Source of the DNA: an uncultured Desulfurococcaceae archaeon
Lineage (GTDB): Archaea > Thermoproteota > Thermoprotei_A > Sulfolobales > NBVN01
DNA length: 64,000 nucleotides
NCBI GenBank assembly: GCA_964641155.1
Contig: CAZXJO010000006.1
Coordinates: forward strand, 38,393 to 102,392
Reading direction: 5' to 3'
Position 1 is the stretch's first letter. Each line of letters begins with the position of its first letter. The notes beneath the pieces were generated by a model, which saw nothing but the letters and a program-made list of their open reading frames with translations, was not told where the DNA came from and searched no databases. Positions 8,151-17,975 of the stretch are shown in pieces. Made by a program: the position numbers and the translations under genes.

Positions 8151-8756
8151 GTGCTTAGGTCTGAGAAGGTAATTAAGGCTATGTCAAAGGTACCTAGGGA
8201 GCTGTTCGTACCTCCCCACATGAGGAAGTACGCGTACCTAGACACACCCCTACCCATAGGTTATGGCCAGACCATTAGCGCACCGCACATGGTGGCCCTA
8301 ATGACTGAGTTACTGGACGTTGAAGTCGGCGATAAGGTGCTTGAAATAGGTACCGGTTCCGGGTACCAAGCCGCTGTGCTGGCTGAGTTAGTGGGTGATG
8401 CCGGCCACGTCTACACGGTCGAGATCGTTAAGGAGTTGGTTGAGTTTTCTAGAGAGAATTTGAGGAGGGCTGGCTACATGGATAGGGTTACGGTAATACA
8501 CGGTGATGGTAGTTTGGGGTACGAGGCAGCTTCCCCCTACGATAAGATAGTGGTGACTGCGGCGGCACCAGATATACCGAAGCCCCTCATAGATCAGTTA
8601 AAGCCTAGTGGTAGGTTAGTCATACCGGTGGGTGATATCTACCTGCAGTACCTTACGGTAGTGCGTAAGGGAGTGGATAACAAGATCGATGTTGAGAGGG
8701 GTATCCCATGCGTTTTCGTCCCGCTGGTGGGGCGGTACGGGTGGAGGAGGGAGTGA
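8151..8756 (+). CDS. pcm: Protein-L-isoaspartate O-methyltransferase
   Basis: VPRELFVP, TISAPHMVA, LEIGTGSGYQAAVLAE and VFVPLVGRYGW are classic PCMT motifs. The homologous N-terminal helix continues upstream to 8091 without a canonical start (see findings). Confidence 0.9.
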   Translation: MLRSEKVIKAMSKVPRELFVPPHMRKYAYLDTPLPIGYGQTISAPHMVALMTELLDVEVGDKVLEIGTGSGYQAAVLAELVGDAGHVYTVEIVKELVEFSRENLRRAGYMDRVTVIHGDGSLGYEAASPYDKIVVTAAAPDIPKPLIDQLKPSGRLVIPVGDIYLQYLTVVRKGVDNKIDVERGIPCVFVPLVGRYGWRRE

Positions 8757-8758
8757 TT

Positions 8759-10720
8759 TTAGATGACCAGCGATAAAGCGTCTAAAACCCTCGGGGAGTA
8801 GACCTCTAAGTCCTCATGTAGTTCCCTCCTAGCCTTCATCTTAATTACCTCACTCACAAACCTCCTAATGTTTTCAGGCTCTCCGTGATTAACTATCAAC
8901 TTCTTAGGTTTAAGACCTAATGAGGTCAGAGCCTTCACGTACTTGATCAGCTGCTTATGGTCTGAGTGACCTGAGAAACCGTCTATTGCATACACCTCCA
9001 AGCCAACCTTAACCACCTGGAGCTTGTCCTCCACAACCATGTGTACCTCCCTCATCCCATCCTTAATCTTTCTCCCTAAAGTCCCCTCAACCTGATAGTT
9101 CACGAAGACTATCGAGTTCTTAGGGTCGGGCGCCATAAGCCTGAAGTACTCCACTGCCGGCCCACCTGTCAGCATGCCTGAGGTAGCCATAATTACGGAG
9201 GGCTCCTCAGACTCCACTATTTCATGCCTGGCATTCCTATCGTACAGAACTTTAAACATGTCGTAGGTGAACGGGTTAACTCCCGAGTATATCTTCTCCC
9301 TCAACTCCTTCGAGAGGAGCTCAGGATATGCTGTGTGGATGGCTGTGACCTCATTGATCATTCCCTCAATGTAGACCGGTATCTTAGGTAGGAGGCCTTG
9401 CTCCATAGCACTTGCTAAGATCACCATAACCTCCTGAGCCCTGCCAACGGATAAGGTGGGTATTAAGACCTTCCCCTTCCTCTCCACAGTCCTCTTAATT
9501 ATTTCCAGGAACCTCATCTCAGCCTCCTCCCTGGAAGGTTGTTCGGAGCCGCCGTACGTTGCCTCCATGATTAAGGTATCGACCCGTGGGAACTCCTCGT
9601 TAGCTTTGTTCAGAAGCCTGGTCTTCCCGTACTTGAAGTCGCTCGTGTAGACTATGTTGTGGAGTCCGTTACCTATGTGTAGGTGCGCTATTGACGAACC
9701 GAGTATGTGCCCCGCATCGTAGAGAGTTAGCCTTATATCGGTCGTTATGTCAGTCACTTCGTTAAACCTCAACGGGATCGTGTGGAGGAGTGTTTTATGG
9801 ACGTGTTTCTGGTCGAACGGTAGGGGCCTTCCCTCACGCTTAGATATGTCGAGTAGGTCTAGCTGGAGTAAGACCATTAAGTCCCTAGTGGCCTCAGTCG
9901 CGTAGACAGGCCCTCTGTACCCGTACTTGAACAGGAACGGGACTAAGCCGCAGTGGTCTAAGTGTGCGTGGGTGACCACCACAGCATCTATCTCCTCTGG
10001 CTTAATCCCTAACACATCGATCCTAGGTATTGAGGACTTAACGTCTGGGGCGTTCGGGTTGAAGCCGAAGTCCAATAAGACCTTACTCTCGGAGGTCTCA
10101 ACAAGTATGGCGGACCTACCTACCTCCATAAACCCCCCTAAGGCGGTTACCCTGACGTACTGGTCCTTGAAGAGCAGGTCCCTATGTATCCTTTCTCCGA
10201 TACCCCTTAAGATCTCGAGCCTCTCATCACTCTCACTGATTAAGTACTTCAGAGCAGCGTCCAATATTCTGGACTTCAGGGGCGGTTTCCTGACGATTTT
10301 AGGTCTCCAACCCGTTTCAGCGAATATCTTCTTGTAGAGCGCCCTGTTATCTTGGTAGAAGTACTTGGGCTCCAACGTAGTTATTACGACTTCACCCAAC
10401 ACCTTATCGAAGGTTATATCATCCTCAGTCAGTTTGGCTTCTGCAGGGACTGCTGCGAGGATGTACTTGATTACCTCCCTTTCCTGCTTCCTACTGCTTT
10501 CATCAACCCTGACTACTATCCTCTTCCTAATAGTCTTAGCTATGTTCTTAACTATCCCTTCCTTCTCTATTATGAAGTTTACGTTCCTCACGTAAACAGC
10601 TATTTCAGGGCCTTCGAACTCTATCTTAGTTACCTGAGCTTCCTTAGGTATTTGGTTGAGTATCTCTGAGACAATTAATTGCCGGATCTTGTTCGTCGGC
10701 GCCATGCTTGCAGCTATCAC
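8759..10720 (-). CDS. aCPSF1-type beta-CASP ribonuclease (N-terminal KH domains + metallo-beta-lactamase)
   Basis: 653 aa. HAHLDHCG (MBL motif 2), a beta-CASP region, and an N-terminal ~180-aa KH-like region. Overlaps psmB by 4 nt. Confidence 0.9.
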   Translation of the reverse strand: MIAASMAPTNKIRQLIVSEILNQIPKEAQVTKIEFEGPEIAVYVRNVNFIIEKEGIVKNIAKTIRKRIVVRVDESSRKQEREVIKYILAAVPAEAKLTEDDITFDKVLGEVVITTLEPKYFYQDNRALYKKIFAETGWRPKIVRKPPLKSRILDAALKYLISESDERLEILRGIGERIHRDLLFKDQYVRVTALGGFMEVGRSAILVETSESKVLLDFGFNPNAPDVKSSIPRIDVLGIKPEEIDAVVVTHAHLDHCGLVPFLFKYGYRGPVYATEATRDLMVLLQLDLLDISKREGRPLPFDQKHVHKTLLHTIPLRFNEVTDITTDIRLTLYDAGHILGSSIAHLHIGNGLHNIVYTSDFKYGKTRLLNKANEEFPRVDTLIMEATYGGSEQPSREEAEMRFLEIIKRTVERKGKVLIPTLSVGRAQEVMVILASAMEQGLLPKIPVYIEGMINEVTAIHTAYPELLSKELREKIYSGVNPFTYDMFKVLYDRNARHEIVESEEPSVIMATSGMLTGGPAVEYFRLMAPDPKNSIVFVNYQVEGTLGRKIKDGMREVHMVVEDKLQVVKVGLEVYAIDGFSGHSDHKQLIKYVKALTSLGLKPKKLIVNHGEPENIRRFVSEVIKMKARRELHEDLEVYSPRVLDALSLVI

Positions 10721-11313
10721 CTGATCTTGAAGGTGTACTCCTTATAGGAGTCCTTGGAGATTGCTACAGCGTCGATAGCTTCACCTGTGAAGACGTCCCT
10801 AGCTATGGAGGCGGACACAGCCTTAACAGCTAAGTTCACAGCCTCATCAATGCTCATCCCCCTCCTATAGTTCCCCTCTATGACCCCTATCGCTATCGGC
10901 GACCCGGAACCGGTTGCCGCATACTCCTCCTCAACAACACCTCCGAACAGCTCTATGGCGTAAAGCCTTGGCTCCGTGTCGTACCCACCTAGGAGGAGCT
11001 GAACTATGTACGGGTAGTACTTAGAGGAGTTGAGGATTGACGACAGTAGCGAGGCTAAGGACTTCAACGTAGGTGGGTGCCCTGAAGTAATTTTACGGCT
11101 AAGGATCTCAACCTTTAAGTAATCACCTATTATCTGGGCATCAGCCACCAAACCCGAAATCGTTAACGCTACCCTGTCATCCATCCTAATTATCTTCTTA
11201 ACCGTCTTATGGGCCACGTAATAACCACTACTCACTCTCTTATCCGCCGCCAACACCACACCATCATTTACTACTAAACCCACTGTGGTTGTGCCGTGAA
11301 AACCTCCGAGCAC
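10717..11313 (-). CDS. psmB: Proteasome subunit beta
   Basis: Short propeptide MLGGFHG followed by the catalytic TTTVGLV. Ntn-hydrolase pattern AADKR...GSG. Confidence 0.95.
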   Translation of the reverse strand: MLGGFHGTTTVGLVVNDGVVLAADKRVSSGYYVAHKTVKKIIRMDDRVALTISGLVADAQIIGDYLKVEILSRKITSGHPPTLKSLASLLSSILNSSKYYPYIVQLLLGGYDTEPRLYAIELFGGVVEEEYAATGSGSPIAIGVIEGNYRRGMSIDEAVNLAVKAVSASIARDVFTGEAIDAVAISKDSYKEYTFKIR

Positions 11314-11461
11314 TTAAACGCACCTCAAAACCTAATAATGAGGTGATATAGAACTTAATAAGCGTTACGTTAGGACTTTAAACCAGTTACACATAGCCGC
11401 ACATCGGGCGGGATTAATTTAAAGTTATAAGCGACGTCTGCGAGACGTAGTAGGTGTTTGG

Positions 11462-11836
11462 ATGGGTAAGGAGGAATTGATTAACCGCGTGGTTGAGGTT
11501 CTTAAAACCATCTACGACCCCGAAATACCTATAGACATCTACAACTTAGGACTCATATACGGTGTAGACGTCAACGATGAGAACGTGGTCTCGATAAACA
11601 TGACCCTGACATCACCTGCGTGCCCAATATCCTTCTTCGTGGTCCAGCAGGTGGTGAACGCTGTTAAGGGATTGAGCGGCGTGGGAGACGTTAAGGTCAA
11701 CATAACCTTCGACCCGCCCTGGAACCCATCAATGATGACTAAGGAGGGTAGGGAGAGGTTTAAGCAATTATTCGGCTACGACATAGTTGATGAGTACTTA
11801 AGGAGCGTTAAGGCAGGAAGCACGAATGCCGATTGA
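11462..11836 (+). CDS. DUF59/MIP18-family Fe-S cluster assembly protein (SufT/PaaD-like)
   Basis: IYDPEIPIDIYNLGLIY...TLTSPACP is the DUF59 signature. Confidence 0.75.
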   Translation: MGKEELINRVVEVLKTIYDPEIPIDIYNLGLIYGVDVNDENVVSINMTLTSPACPISFFVVQQVVNAVKGLSGVGDVKVNITFDPPWNPSMMTKEGRERFKQLFGYDIVDEYLRSVKAGSTNAD

Positions 11837-12332
11837 GGAGCATAGGAGTCTGTGGGAGGATTTGAGGGTAAGGTTCTGCTTAGTAGTGACCAGTGACTCA
11901 GTGTTTAAGGGCTTGAAGGATGATGAGATAACCCCCCTCGTTAAGGAGTTAGTCATTAGTTGGGGCCACGAACTTCTCTTCAGTAAGGTAGTACCTAACG
12001 ACTTAGACGCGATCTCTGAGGAAGTCGACGAATGTCTGGAACAATGCGACGTCATCCTGCTAACTGGTGGTACTGGGTTAGGTAAGAAGGACTTGAGCGC
12101 GGATGCTGTGGCCAAGGTATGCAGTAAGTACGTACCGGGCTTCGGTGAGCTGTTCAGATACCTAACCTACCTGGAGTCTGGACCCGCCGCAATGCTCTCA
12201 CGTAATTACGCATGCGTGGCCGGGAACTCAGTGATATTCCTCACACCCGGCTCCCCCGACGCTGTAAGGCTAGCACTTACCAAGCTAATCCTCCCAGAGA
12301 TAAAGCATTTAGTGGGGGAGTTAAGGAAGTAG
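11826..12332 (+). CDS. moaB: Molybdenum cofactor biosynthesis protein MoaB/MogA family
   Basis: MoCF_biosynth domain pattern: CDVILLTGGTGLGKKD...PGSP. 168 aa. Overlaps the upstream gene by 11 nt. Confidence 0.8.
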   Translation: MPIEEHRSLWEDLRVRFCLVVTSDSVFKGLKDDEITPLVKELVISWGHELLFSKVVPNDLDAISEEVDECLEQCDVILLTGGTGLGKKDLSADAVAKVCSKYVPGFGELFRYLTYLESGPAAMLSRNYACVAGNSVIFLTPGSPDAVRLALTKLILPEIKHLVGELRK

Positions 12333-12398
12333 TAGGGAAGTGGGCACCTACTAACGATACCTAAATTAACAACCCCCACAGAATTATATGGGACTTCT

Positions 12399-14000
12399 AT
12401 GGGTTACGACGTAATAATAAGGAACGGTAAAGTCATCACAGGCTTATCCGATACGTGGATCAGTGCGGACGTAGGTGTTAAGGACGGTGTCATAGTTGAG
12501 GTAGGTTACCTAGGTAAGAAGCAGGCGGACGTCGTCATAGACGCAGGGGGTAAGTTCGTGACCCCGGGATTCATAGACATGCACAACCACTCAGACCTCA
12601 CCCTCATCACGTTCCCCGACGCCTTGAACTCAATAATGCAGGGGGTTACCACGGTAGTGGTCGGTAACTGCGGCTTCTCCGCCGCCCCGGTAAAGCATAA
12701 GGCGTTAAACGATGTGAGGAGGTTCTGGAGCCAGCTCTCATTCGGCCTCTCAGTCGATATCACGTGGAACTCCTTCGACGACTACTTAAAGACTCTGAGC
12801 TCCGTCAAACCAGCAGTAAACGTGGTCCCTCTAGTAGGTCATGGAACTGTGCGGATCAACGTGTTAGGGTTCAGCGACTCAGCACCCAGCACTGATGAGT
12901 TAAGCGCTATGAAGGAGTTGGTGGGTGAGGCCATGACAGCAGGGGCTTTCGGGATGTCCACAGGACTCATCTACCCTCCCAACTCCTACGCATCGACTGA
13001 TGAGGTAGTGGAGTTAGCCAGCGTTGTGGGGTCCTACGGAGGTATCTACACAACCCACATAAGGAGTGAGTCCACACGCCTCCTTGACGCTGTCGGCGAG
13101 GCCTTAGAGGTTGGTAGGAGGGCAGGTGTCCCGGTCGAGATCGGTCACCTCAAAGCCGCTGGAAGGCCTAATTGGGGGAGGGTTAAGGACGTAATCAAGT
13201 TAATGAGTGATTACAGGGAGGGAGGGGTTGAAGTAAACTACGACCTATACCCGTATACGGCGGGCTCAACATCATTAATATCCCTAATACCCCAGAAATT
13301 CTACAGGGAAGGCATCGAATCACTTGTAAGTAGGCTTAAGGACAGGGACTTCAGAGCTGAGGTCATAAAGCACATCGAAACCAACTCCGAGTGGGAAAAC
13401 CTGCTGAGCGTCATGGATTGGGACGATGTGGTGATTTCATATTCTAAGAACTGTAAGTCATGTGAGGGTAAGTCATTACTCACGATAAGCAGGGAACTGG
13501 GCGTAGACCCCTACACAGCGTTCTTCGACTTAATAGTTATGGATGAGGGTAAGACCTTAATGATAATGCACATCATAAACGAGGAAGACTTAATATACGC
13601 GCTCAAACAACCCTACTCGATCATAGGCTCAGACTCCTTCATAATCCCCGCAGTAGGTAAACCCCACCCAAGGTTCTTCGGCACCTTCCCCAGGGTAATC
13701 AAACGCTACGTGAAGGAATTAAACATCCTAAGCCTTGAAGGAGCTGTAGCTAAGATGACCTCAAACCCAGCCCAGAAGTTAAGACTCCGTGATAGGGGAG
13801 TGATAGCACCCGGATATAAGGCAGACATAGTCGTGTTTGACATTAAGAAGTTAGATGATAAAGCCACCTTCGAAGACCCCATTAACCATCCAACCGGCAT
13901 CGAATATGTCATGGTGAACGGCACTTTAAGCGTCTACGAAGGTAATTACGTGGGGAGCCGGGGCGGTGAAGTGCTGAGGAGGACCTACAAGCAGGAATAA
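12399..14000 (+). CDS. N-acyl-D-amino-acid deacylase (D-aminoacylase), amidohydrolase superfamily
   Basis: VTPGFIDMHNHSD metal-binding motif, GVTTVVVGNCG and YTTHIRSE. The ~530-aa length fits D-aminoacylases. Confidence 0.8.
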   Translation: MGYDVIIRNGKVITGLSDTWISADVGVKDGVIVEVGYLGKKQADVVIDAGGKFVTPGFIDMHNHSDLTLITFPDALNSIMQGVTTVVVGNCGFSAAPVKHKALNDVRRFWSQLSFGLSVDITWNSFDDYLKTLSSVKPAVNVVPLVGHGTVRINVLGFSDSAPSTDELSAMKELVGEAMTAGAFGMSTGLIYPPNSYASTDEVVELASVVGSYGGIYTTHIRSESTRLLDAVGEALEVGRRAGVPVEIGHLKAAGRPNWGRVKDVIKLMSDYREGGVEVNYDLYPYTAGSTSLISLIPQKFYREGIESLVSRLKDRDFRAEVIKHIETNSEWENLLSVMDWDDVVISYSKNCKSCEGKSLLTISRELGVDPYTAFFDLIVMDEGKTLMIMHIINEEDLIYALKQPYSIIGSDSFIIPAVGKPHPRFFGTFPRVIKRYVKELNILSLEGAVAKMTSNPAQKLRLRDRGVIAPGYKADIVVFDIKKLDDKATFEDPINHPTGIEYVMVNGTLSVYEGNYVGSRGGEVLRRTYKQE

Positions 14001-14103
14001 AATGACGTACTCAACACTTGATGAACTAACACGTCTTAGAAAGCCCCTCACATCTCCAAAAAACTTAAAATACGCACCAACGAGAGTTTAACGGTGTTGT
14101 GTC

Positions 14104-15324
14104 ATGGGTTCTAAGCCCTCACCAGCTTTGGTTGGGGTCCTAGTCTTACTAATCATCGTTGCTGGTGTTGGTGGTTATTTCGCAGGTTCCTCAGCAGTCC
14201 CACCGCCTGTGACAGTTACTTCAACAGCTGTTCAGACAGTTACAGTTACCGCTGCAGCAGCTACAGTGACTGTCACAACCACAGTGACACCGCCACCTAA
14301 GACTGTTACGGTAACAGCAACACCTACACCAACACCCACACCAACAATAACCCCGTTACCTCCGACACCCCCATCACATTGGCCCTCCAGCCTAGTGTTC
14401 AGGGGTGGGGCTGTCGGTAGTGCTTGGACAGTGCTGGCCTCAGTTGTTGCAAGCGTCATTGAGAAGGATTTGAAGGTTTCGGTCCGCGTGGAGCCTGGGG
14501 GGAGCTTAGCCAATACCATGGCGATAGCTAAGGGTGAGATTGAGCTAGCGCTTTCCCAGACGGCCTGGATGCCGGTCTTCATGGATGCTGAGAAGATCAA
14601 GAGCCTTACCGGGGAAACCGTGAATGCGTCTAAGATTAAGCTTCTCGCGAACGCCATCCTACCATTCTACTTCGAATTGGTTTACACTAGGCCCGACTCG
14701 CCTATAAACAGTATCGAGGACATAGCCAGGATGATTAAGGAGGGTAAGGCGTTGAGGATAGGGGTGGGCGGTGCCGCCGGCTCAATAGATGACGTAATTG
14801 CTAGGTTGATCTTGGAGGCATACGGAATTAAGCCAGCTGACATCGCCAGGGTGGGAGGTACCTTCACCCTGTCCTCGGAGGCCGACGTGGTGAGTAAGAT
14901 CCAGGAGGGTAAGTTAGATGTGGTGTTTGAGACAACTATGCCTGGAGCATCTGCTTACAGGGAGTTGGAGATCAGGATGCCTGATGTGAAGCTCATACCA
15001 CTGGTTGGTAAGGAACGCGACTACCTGCTGAACTTCTTCGCGGGCGGCGGCCTCTACACGTGCTCACTGCCTAAGGATCTATTCAAATTCGTCACTAAGG
15101 AGTACCCAACACTCTGCACCGCGACGATCATAATCGTCAACGCAGATCTTCCCGAGGACCTAGTCTACTACATCGCGATGTCCCTAGATAAGAACAAAGA
15201 CTACATTAAGAGCAGTATTGCGGCCTACGACTTCAACCCGGACTCAGTCTGGAAGACCTTAGGAGGCATTGACCTACACCCAGGAGCCGCTAAATATTAT
15301 AAGGACGCGGGCTACATGAAGTAA
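14104..15324 (+). CDS. TAXI-family TRAP transporter solute-binding protein with N-terminal anchor and Thr/Val/Pro linker
   Basis: N-terminal TM segment, low-complexity linker, then a periplasmic-binding-protein-like body ending HPGAAKYYKDAGY (TAXI/COG2358 type). Immediately upstream of the fused TRAP permease. Confidence 0.8.
   Translation: MGSKPSPALVGVLVLLIIVAGVGGYFAGSSAVPPPVTVTSTAVQTVTVTAAAATVTVTTTVTPPPKTVTVTATPTPTPTPTITPLPPTPPSHWPSSLVFRGGAVGSAWTVLASVVASVIEKDLKVSVRVEPGGSLANTMAIAKGEIELALSQTAWMPVFMDAEKIKSLTGETVNASKIKLLANAILPFYFELVYTRPDSPINSIEDIARMIKEGKALRIGVGGAAGSIDDVIARLILEAYGIKPADIARVGGTFTLSSEADVVSKIQEGKLDVVFETTMPGASAYRELEIRMPDVKLIPLVGKERDYLLNFFAGGGLYTCSLPKDLFKFVTKEYPTLCTATIIIVNADLPEDLVYYIAMSLDKNKDYIKSSIAAYDFNPDSVWKTLGGIDLHPGAAKYYKDAGYMK
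14197..14373 (+). repeat. Low-complexity coding repeat (VTVT / TPTP linker, ACAGTKAC-type DNA repeats)
   Basis: aa 32-90 of the binding protein read PPPVTVTSTAVQTVTVTAAAATVTVTTTVTPPPKTVTVTATPTPTPTPTITPLPPTPP. This looks like the stalk of archaeal surface-anchored binding proteins, which I assume to be glycosylated. Confidence 0.7.
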
Positions 15325-15337
15325 GTAGTGGTAATGA

Positions 15338-17239
15338 ATGCCTAAGAGGGTGTTGGGGAAGAGGACATCAACAGTCATTAAATCAATCCTTTTTATAGCC
15401 GCAGTATATAACATCTACACCCTCGCATTCGCTGTTTACGACGTGTACCAACACATGCTCATCAACCTCTTTTACGCATTACCGGTCACGTTCCTAATGT
15501 ACTCCGCCAGTAGGAAATCAGTTGATAAGGTGCCGTGGTACGACTACTTACTGGCCGCGGTGTCCGTAGTTACGGTCGGGATCGTATTACTTAACTTCAG
15601 GACGTGGTTCTTCGAGAGGTTATGGCTTGTCTCAGCGGTAACCACTGAACAGCTGGTGATTGGGTTAGTGCTCATCGCCCTCCTATTAGAGGCTGGTAGG
15701 AGGGTTGGGGCGGTCTTCATCTCCGTGATTGCGACCGCACTCCTCGCGTTCCTCTTCCTAGCCCCCTACATACCGGTCATAGGCTTCAAGACAACGCCTC
15801 AGAGGGTTGTTGAGTTCCTCTACATGACTCCTTGGGGCATATTCTCAACACCCCTCGAAGTCATTTCAACGTACGTAATCGCGTTCACACTCCTAGGTGC
15901 TGTGTTCTTAGCGAGCGGTGTGAGCGACTTCTTCATCGACATAGCCAAAGCAGCTGTTGGGAAGAGTGTGGGAGGCCCCGCCAAGGTCTCAGTAATAGCT
16001 TCATCACTCTTCGGCACGGTGAGCGGTAGTGCCGTAGCTAATGTCTACACCACAGGTGTTTTCACAATACCCTCCATGAAGGGGGTCGGCTTCGGCCCAG
16101 CCGTCGCCGGTGCTGTTGAGGCTGTGGCATCAACGGGTGGTCAGATAATGCCCCCCATCATGGGTGCCGGGGCATTCATAATGGCTGAGCTCTTAGGCGT
16201 CCCCTACGCTCATGTGATGGTTGCCGCGATAATACCGGCACTCCTCTACTACCTAGGCGTATACGTCCAAGTACATTACTACGCAGTCAAGTCTGGTCTG
16301 AGGGGTTTGACGAAGGCTGAAATCCCGGACATAAAGGAAGTACTGATTAAGAGGGGTTACTGCGTAGTGCCGTTAGCGGTAATAATTTACTTGATAGCCG
16401 TAGCTATGTGGTCCCCCGTAACGTCCGCGTTAATAGCTTTGCTGGTGACCGTAGCTCTGAGCTATGTGAGGAGGGCCACGTGGATGACGCCTAAGAAGAT
16501 ATTCAACTCATTCGCTAAGGGCATCGATGAAGCGGTGTCGATAATCGTGATCGCAGCGCTTGCCGGCATGATCGCAGGTGCCGTAACATATAGTGGCCTA
16601 ACGCTCAGGTTCGCCTACGTAATAAATGTGGCGTCCATGGGCATCACGGCATTAGCCCTCACGTACACTGCACTGCTCACAATACTCCTAGGCATGGGGA
16701 TGCCCACAACGGCTGCGTACGTCCTCGCCGCCTCAGTAGCCGTGCCGGCAATAATTTCAATGGGTGTGGACCCCTTAGCAGCACACATGTTCACGTTCTG
16801 GTACGCAGTCATATCAGCCATAACACCTCCCGTGGCGTTAGCAGCCTACGCCGCCGCAACACTGGCGAACGAGCACCCCCTAAGGGTGGCTACCTGGGCA
16901 TGCAAGCTGGGCTTCTCATCATTCATAATACCCTTCCTAATAATTTACAGGACACCCCTACTCCTCGGACACACAAACACACCGATACAGGAAGTGGTCT
17001 GGAACGTAGCAATAGCTCTCATAGCAACATACGCTGTTGCCGCGGCACTCACAGGTCACGTAAAAGGGGACTTAAAGCCGGCTGAGAGAGCACTACTAAT
17101 AGCAGGGGGGATAGCGCTCTACACACCCGGGACCGTATACGACGCGGCTGGACTGACAGCAGTGACCGCAGTACTCACATACCACTACATCAGGAACAAG
17201 ACGAAGAAAACAACACCACCCGCAGGTAATACCTCGTAA
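15338..17239 (+). CDS. TRAP transporter fused permease (DctQ/DctM-like, TAXI-type)
   Basis: 633-aa polytopic membrane protein directly downstream of the TAXI receptor. The size and gene pairing are typical of COG4666 fused permeases. Confidence 0.85.
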   Translation: MPKRVLGKRTSTVIKSILFIAAVYNIYTLAFAVYDVYQHMLINLFYALPVTFLMYSASRKSVDKVPWYDYLLAAVSVVTVGIVLLNFRTWFFERLWLVSAVTTEQLVIGLVLIALLLEAGRRVGAVFISVIATALLAFLFLAPYIPVIGFKTTPQRVVEFLYMTPWGIFSTPLEVISTYVIAFTLLGAVFLASGVSDFFIDIAKAAVGKSVGGPAKVSVIASSLFGTVSGSAVANVYTTGVFTIPSMKGVGFGPAVAGAVEAVASTGGQIMPPIMGAGAFIMAELLGVPYAHVMVAAIIPALLYYLGVYVQVHYYAVKSGLRGLTKAEIPDIKEVLIKRGYCVVPLAVIIYLIAVAMWSPVTSALIALLVTVALSYVRRATWMTPKKIFNSFAKGIDEAVSIIVIAALAGMIAGAVTYSGLTLRFAYVINVASMGITALALTYTALLTILLGMGMPTTAAYVLAASVAVPAIISMGVDPLAAHMFTFWYAVISAITPPVALAAYAAATLANEHPLRVATWACKLGFSSFIIPFLIIYRTPLLLGHTNTPIQEVVWNVAIALIATYAVAAALTGHVKGDLKPAERALLIAGGIALYTPGTVYDAAGLTAVTAVLTYHYIRNKTKKTTPPAGNTS

Positions 17240-17347
17240 ATATGCCCACAAAAAGAAGGTCGAATAAAACGCAGTGTTAGGAAAATTATATAAGGCGAAA
17301 GACTTATTAAATCTTAAGGTTAAGTTAGAGTAAGGTGAGGTGTTGAG

Positions 17348-17743
17348 GTGATGAAAGGCATATCACCAGTAATAGCGACCGTAATACTAGTAGCTGTAGC
17401 ACTAGTACTGGCAGCAGCATTCGCAGGCTGGGTAATGGGTGTGTGGGGAACGATGGGGACCGTGGAAGTACTACAAATAGTCGATGCAAGTCTTAATACA
17501 TCTAAACTGAACTTGAGCGTCGTGAACAAAGGGGCTGCAAATGCAACTATTCTAAGAATAACTGTCGAAAATACAACATGGACAGGGACCGCGACGAGTT
17601 GCAATACTGCTAACATAACGGCAGGCAACGTTACCGAAATAACTTGCAGTGTAAGTGGCGTGCAACCTGGGAAAGTGTATACGGTTAGGTTAGTAACCTT
17701 AGGCGGGGTATACACCTACGATGTCAGGGCCAAGGGAGCGTAA
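17348..17743 (+). CDS. Archaeal type IV pilin-like protein (class III signal peptide)
   Basis: MMKGISPVIATVILVAVALVLAAAF matches the archaeal pilin N-terminal domain (KG|xSPVIATVLL...). Six N-x-S/T sequons lie in the mature part. Confidence 0.7.
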   Translation: MMKGISPVIATVILVAVALVLAAAFAGWVMGVWGTMGTVEVLQIVDASLNTSKLNLSVVNKGAANATILRITVENTTWTGTATSCNTANITAGNVTEITCSVSGVQPGKVYTVRLVTLGGVYTYDVRAKGA

Positions 17744-17757
17744 CATTAATTAACTGA

Positions 17758-17767
17758 TTTCTTTTTT
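17758..17767 (+). terminator. Oligo-T tract downstream of the pilin-like gene
   Basis: TTTCTTTTTT lies 15 nt after the stop codon. Archaeal RNA polymerase terminates at oligo-T tracts. Confidence 0.4.
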
Positions 17768-17861
17768 AACAATCTAATGTTCTGAGCCCCTATGAGGGGT
17801 ATTAGCTAGTTGCTTTGTATTAATTACTTGTGTTGGTTAGGTAGGTCATCCCCAGAAGTTT

Positions 17862-17938
<77 letters not shown>

Positions 17939-17975
17939 ACACTTAATGTTTTAATCGCTTCCCAGTTTTAAGTTT

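Noticed and set aside
14232-14657. 141-aa minus-strand ORF
   Set aside because: It is the antisense reading of the Thr/Val/Pro low-complexity linker of the TAXI binding protein (GVGVGV/VTVTV), which is a frame artefact.
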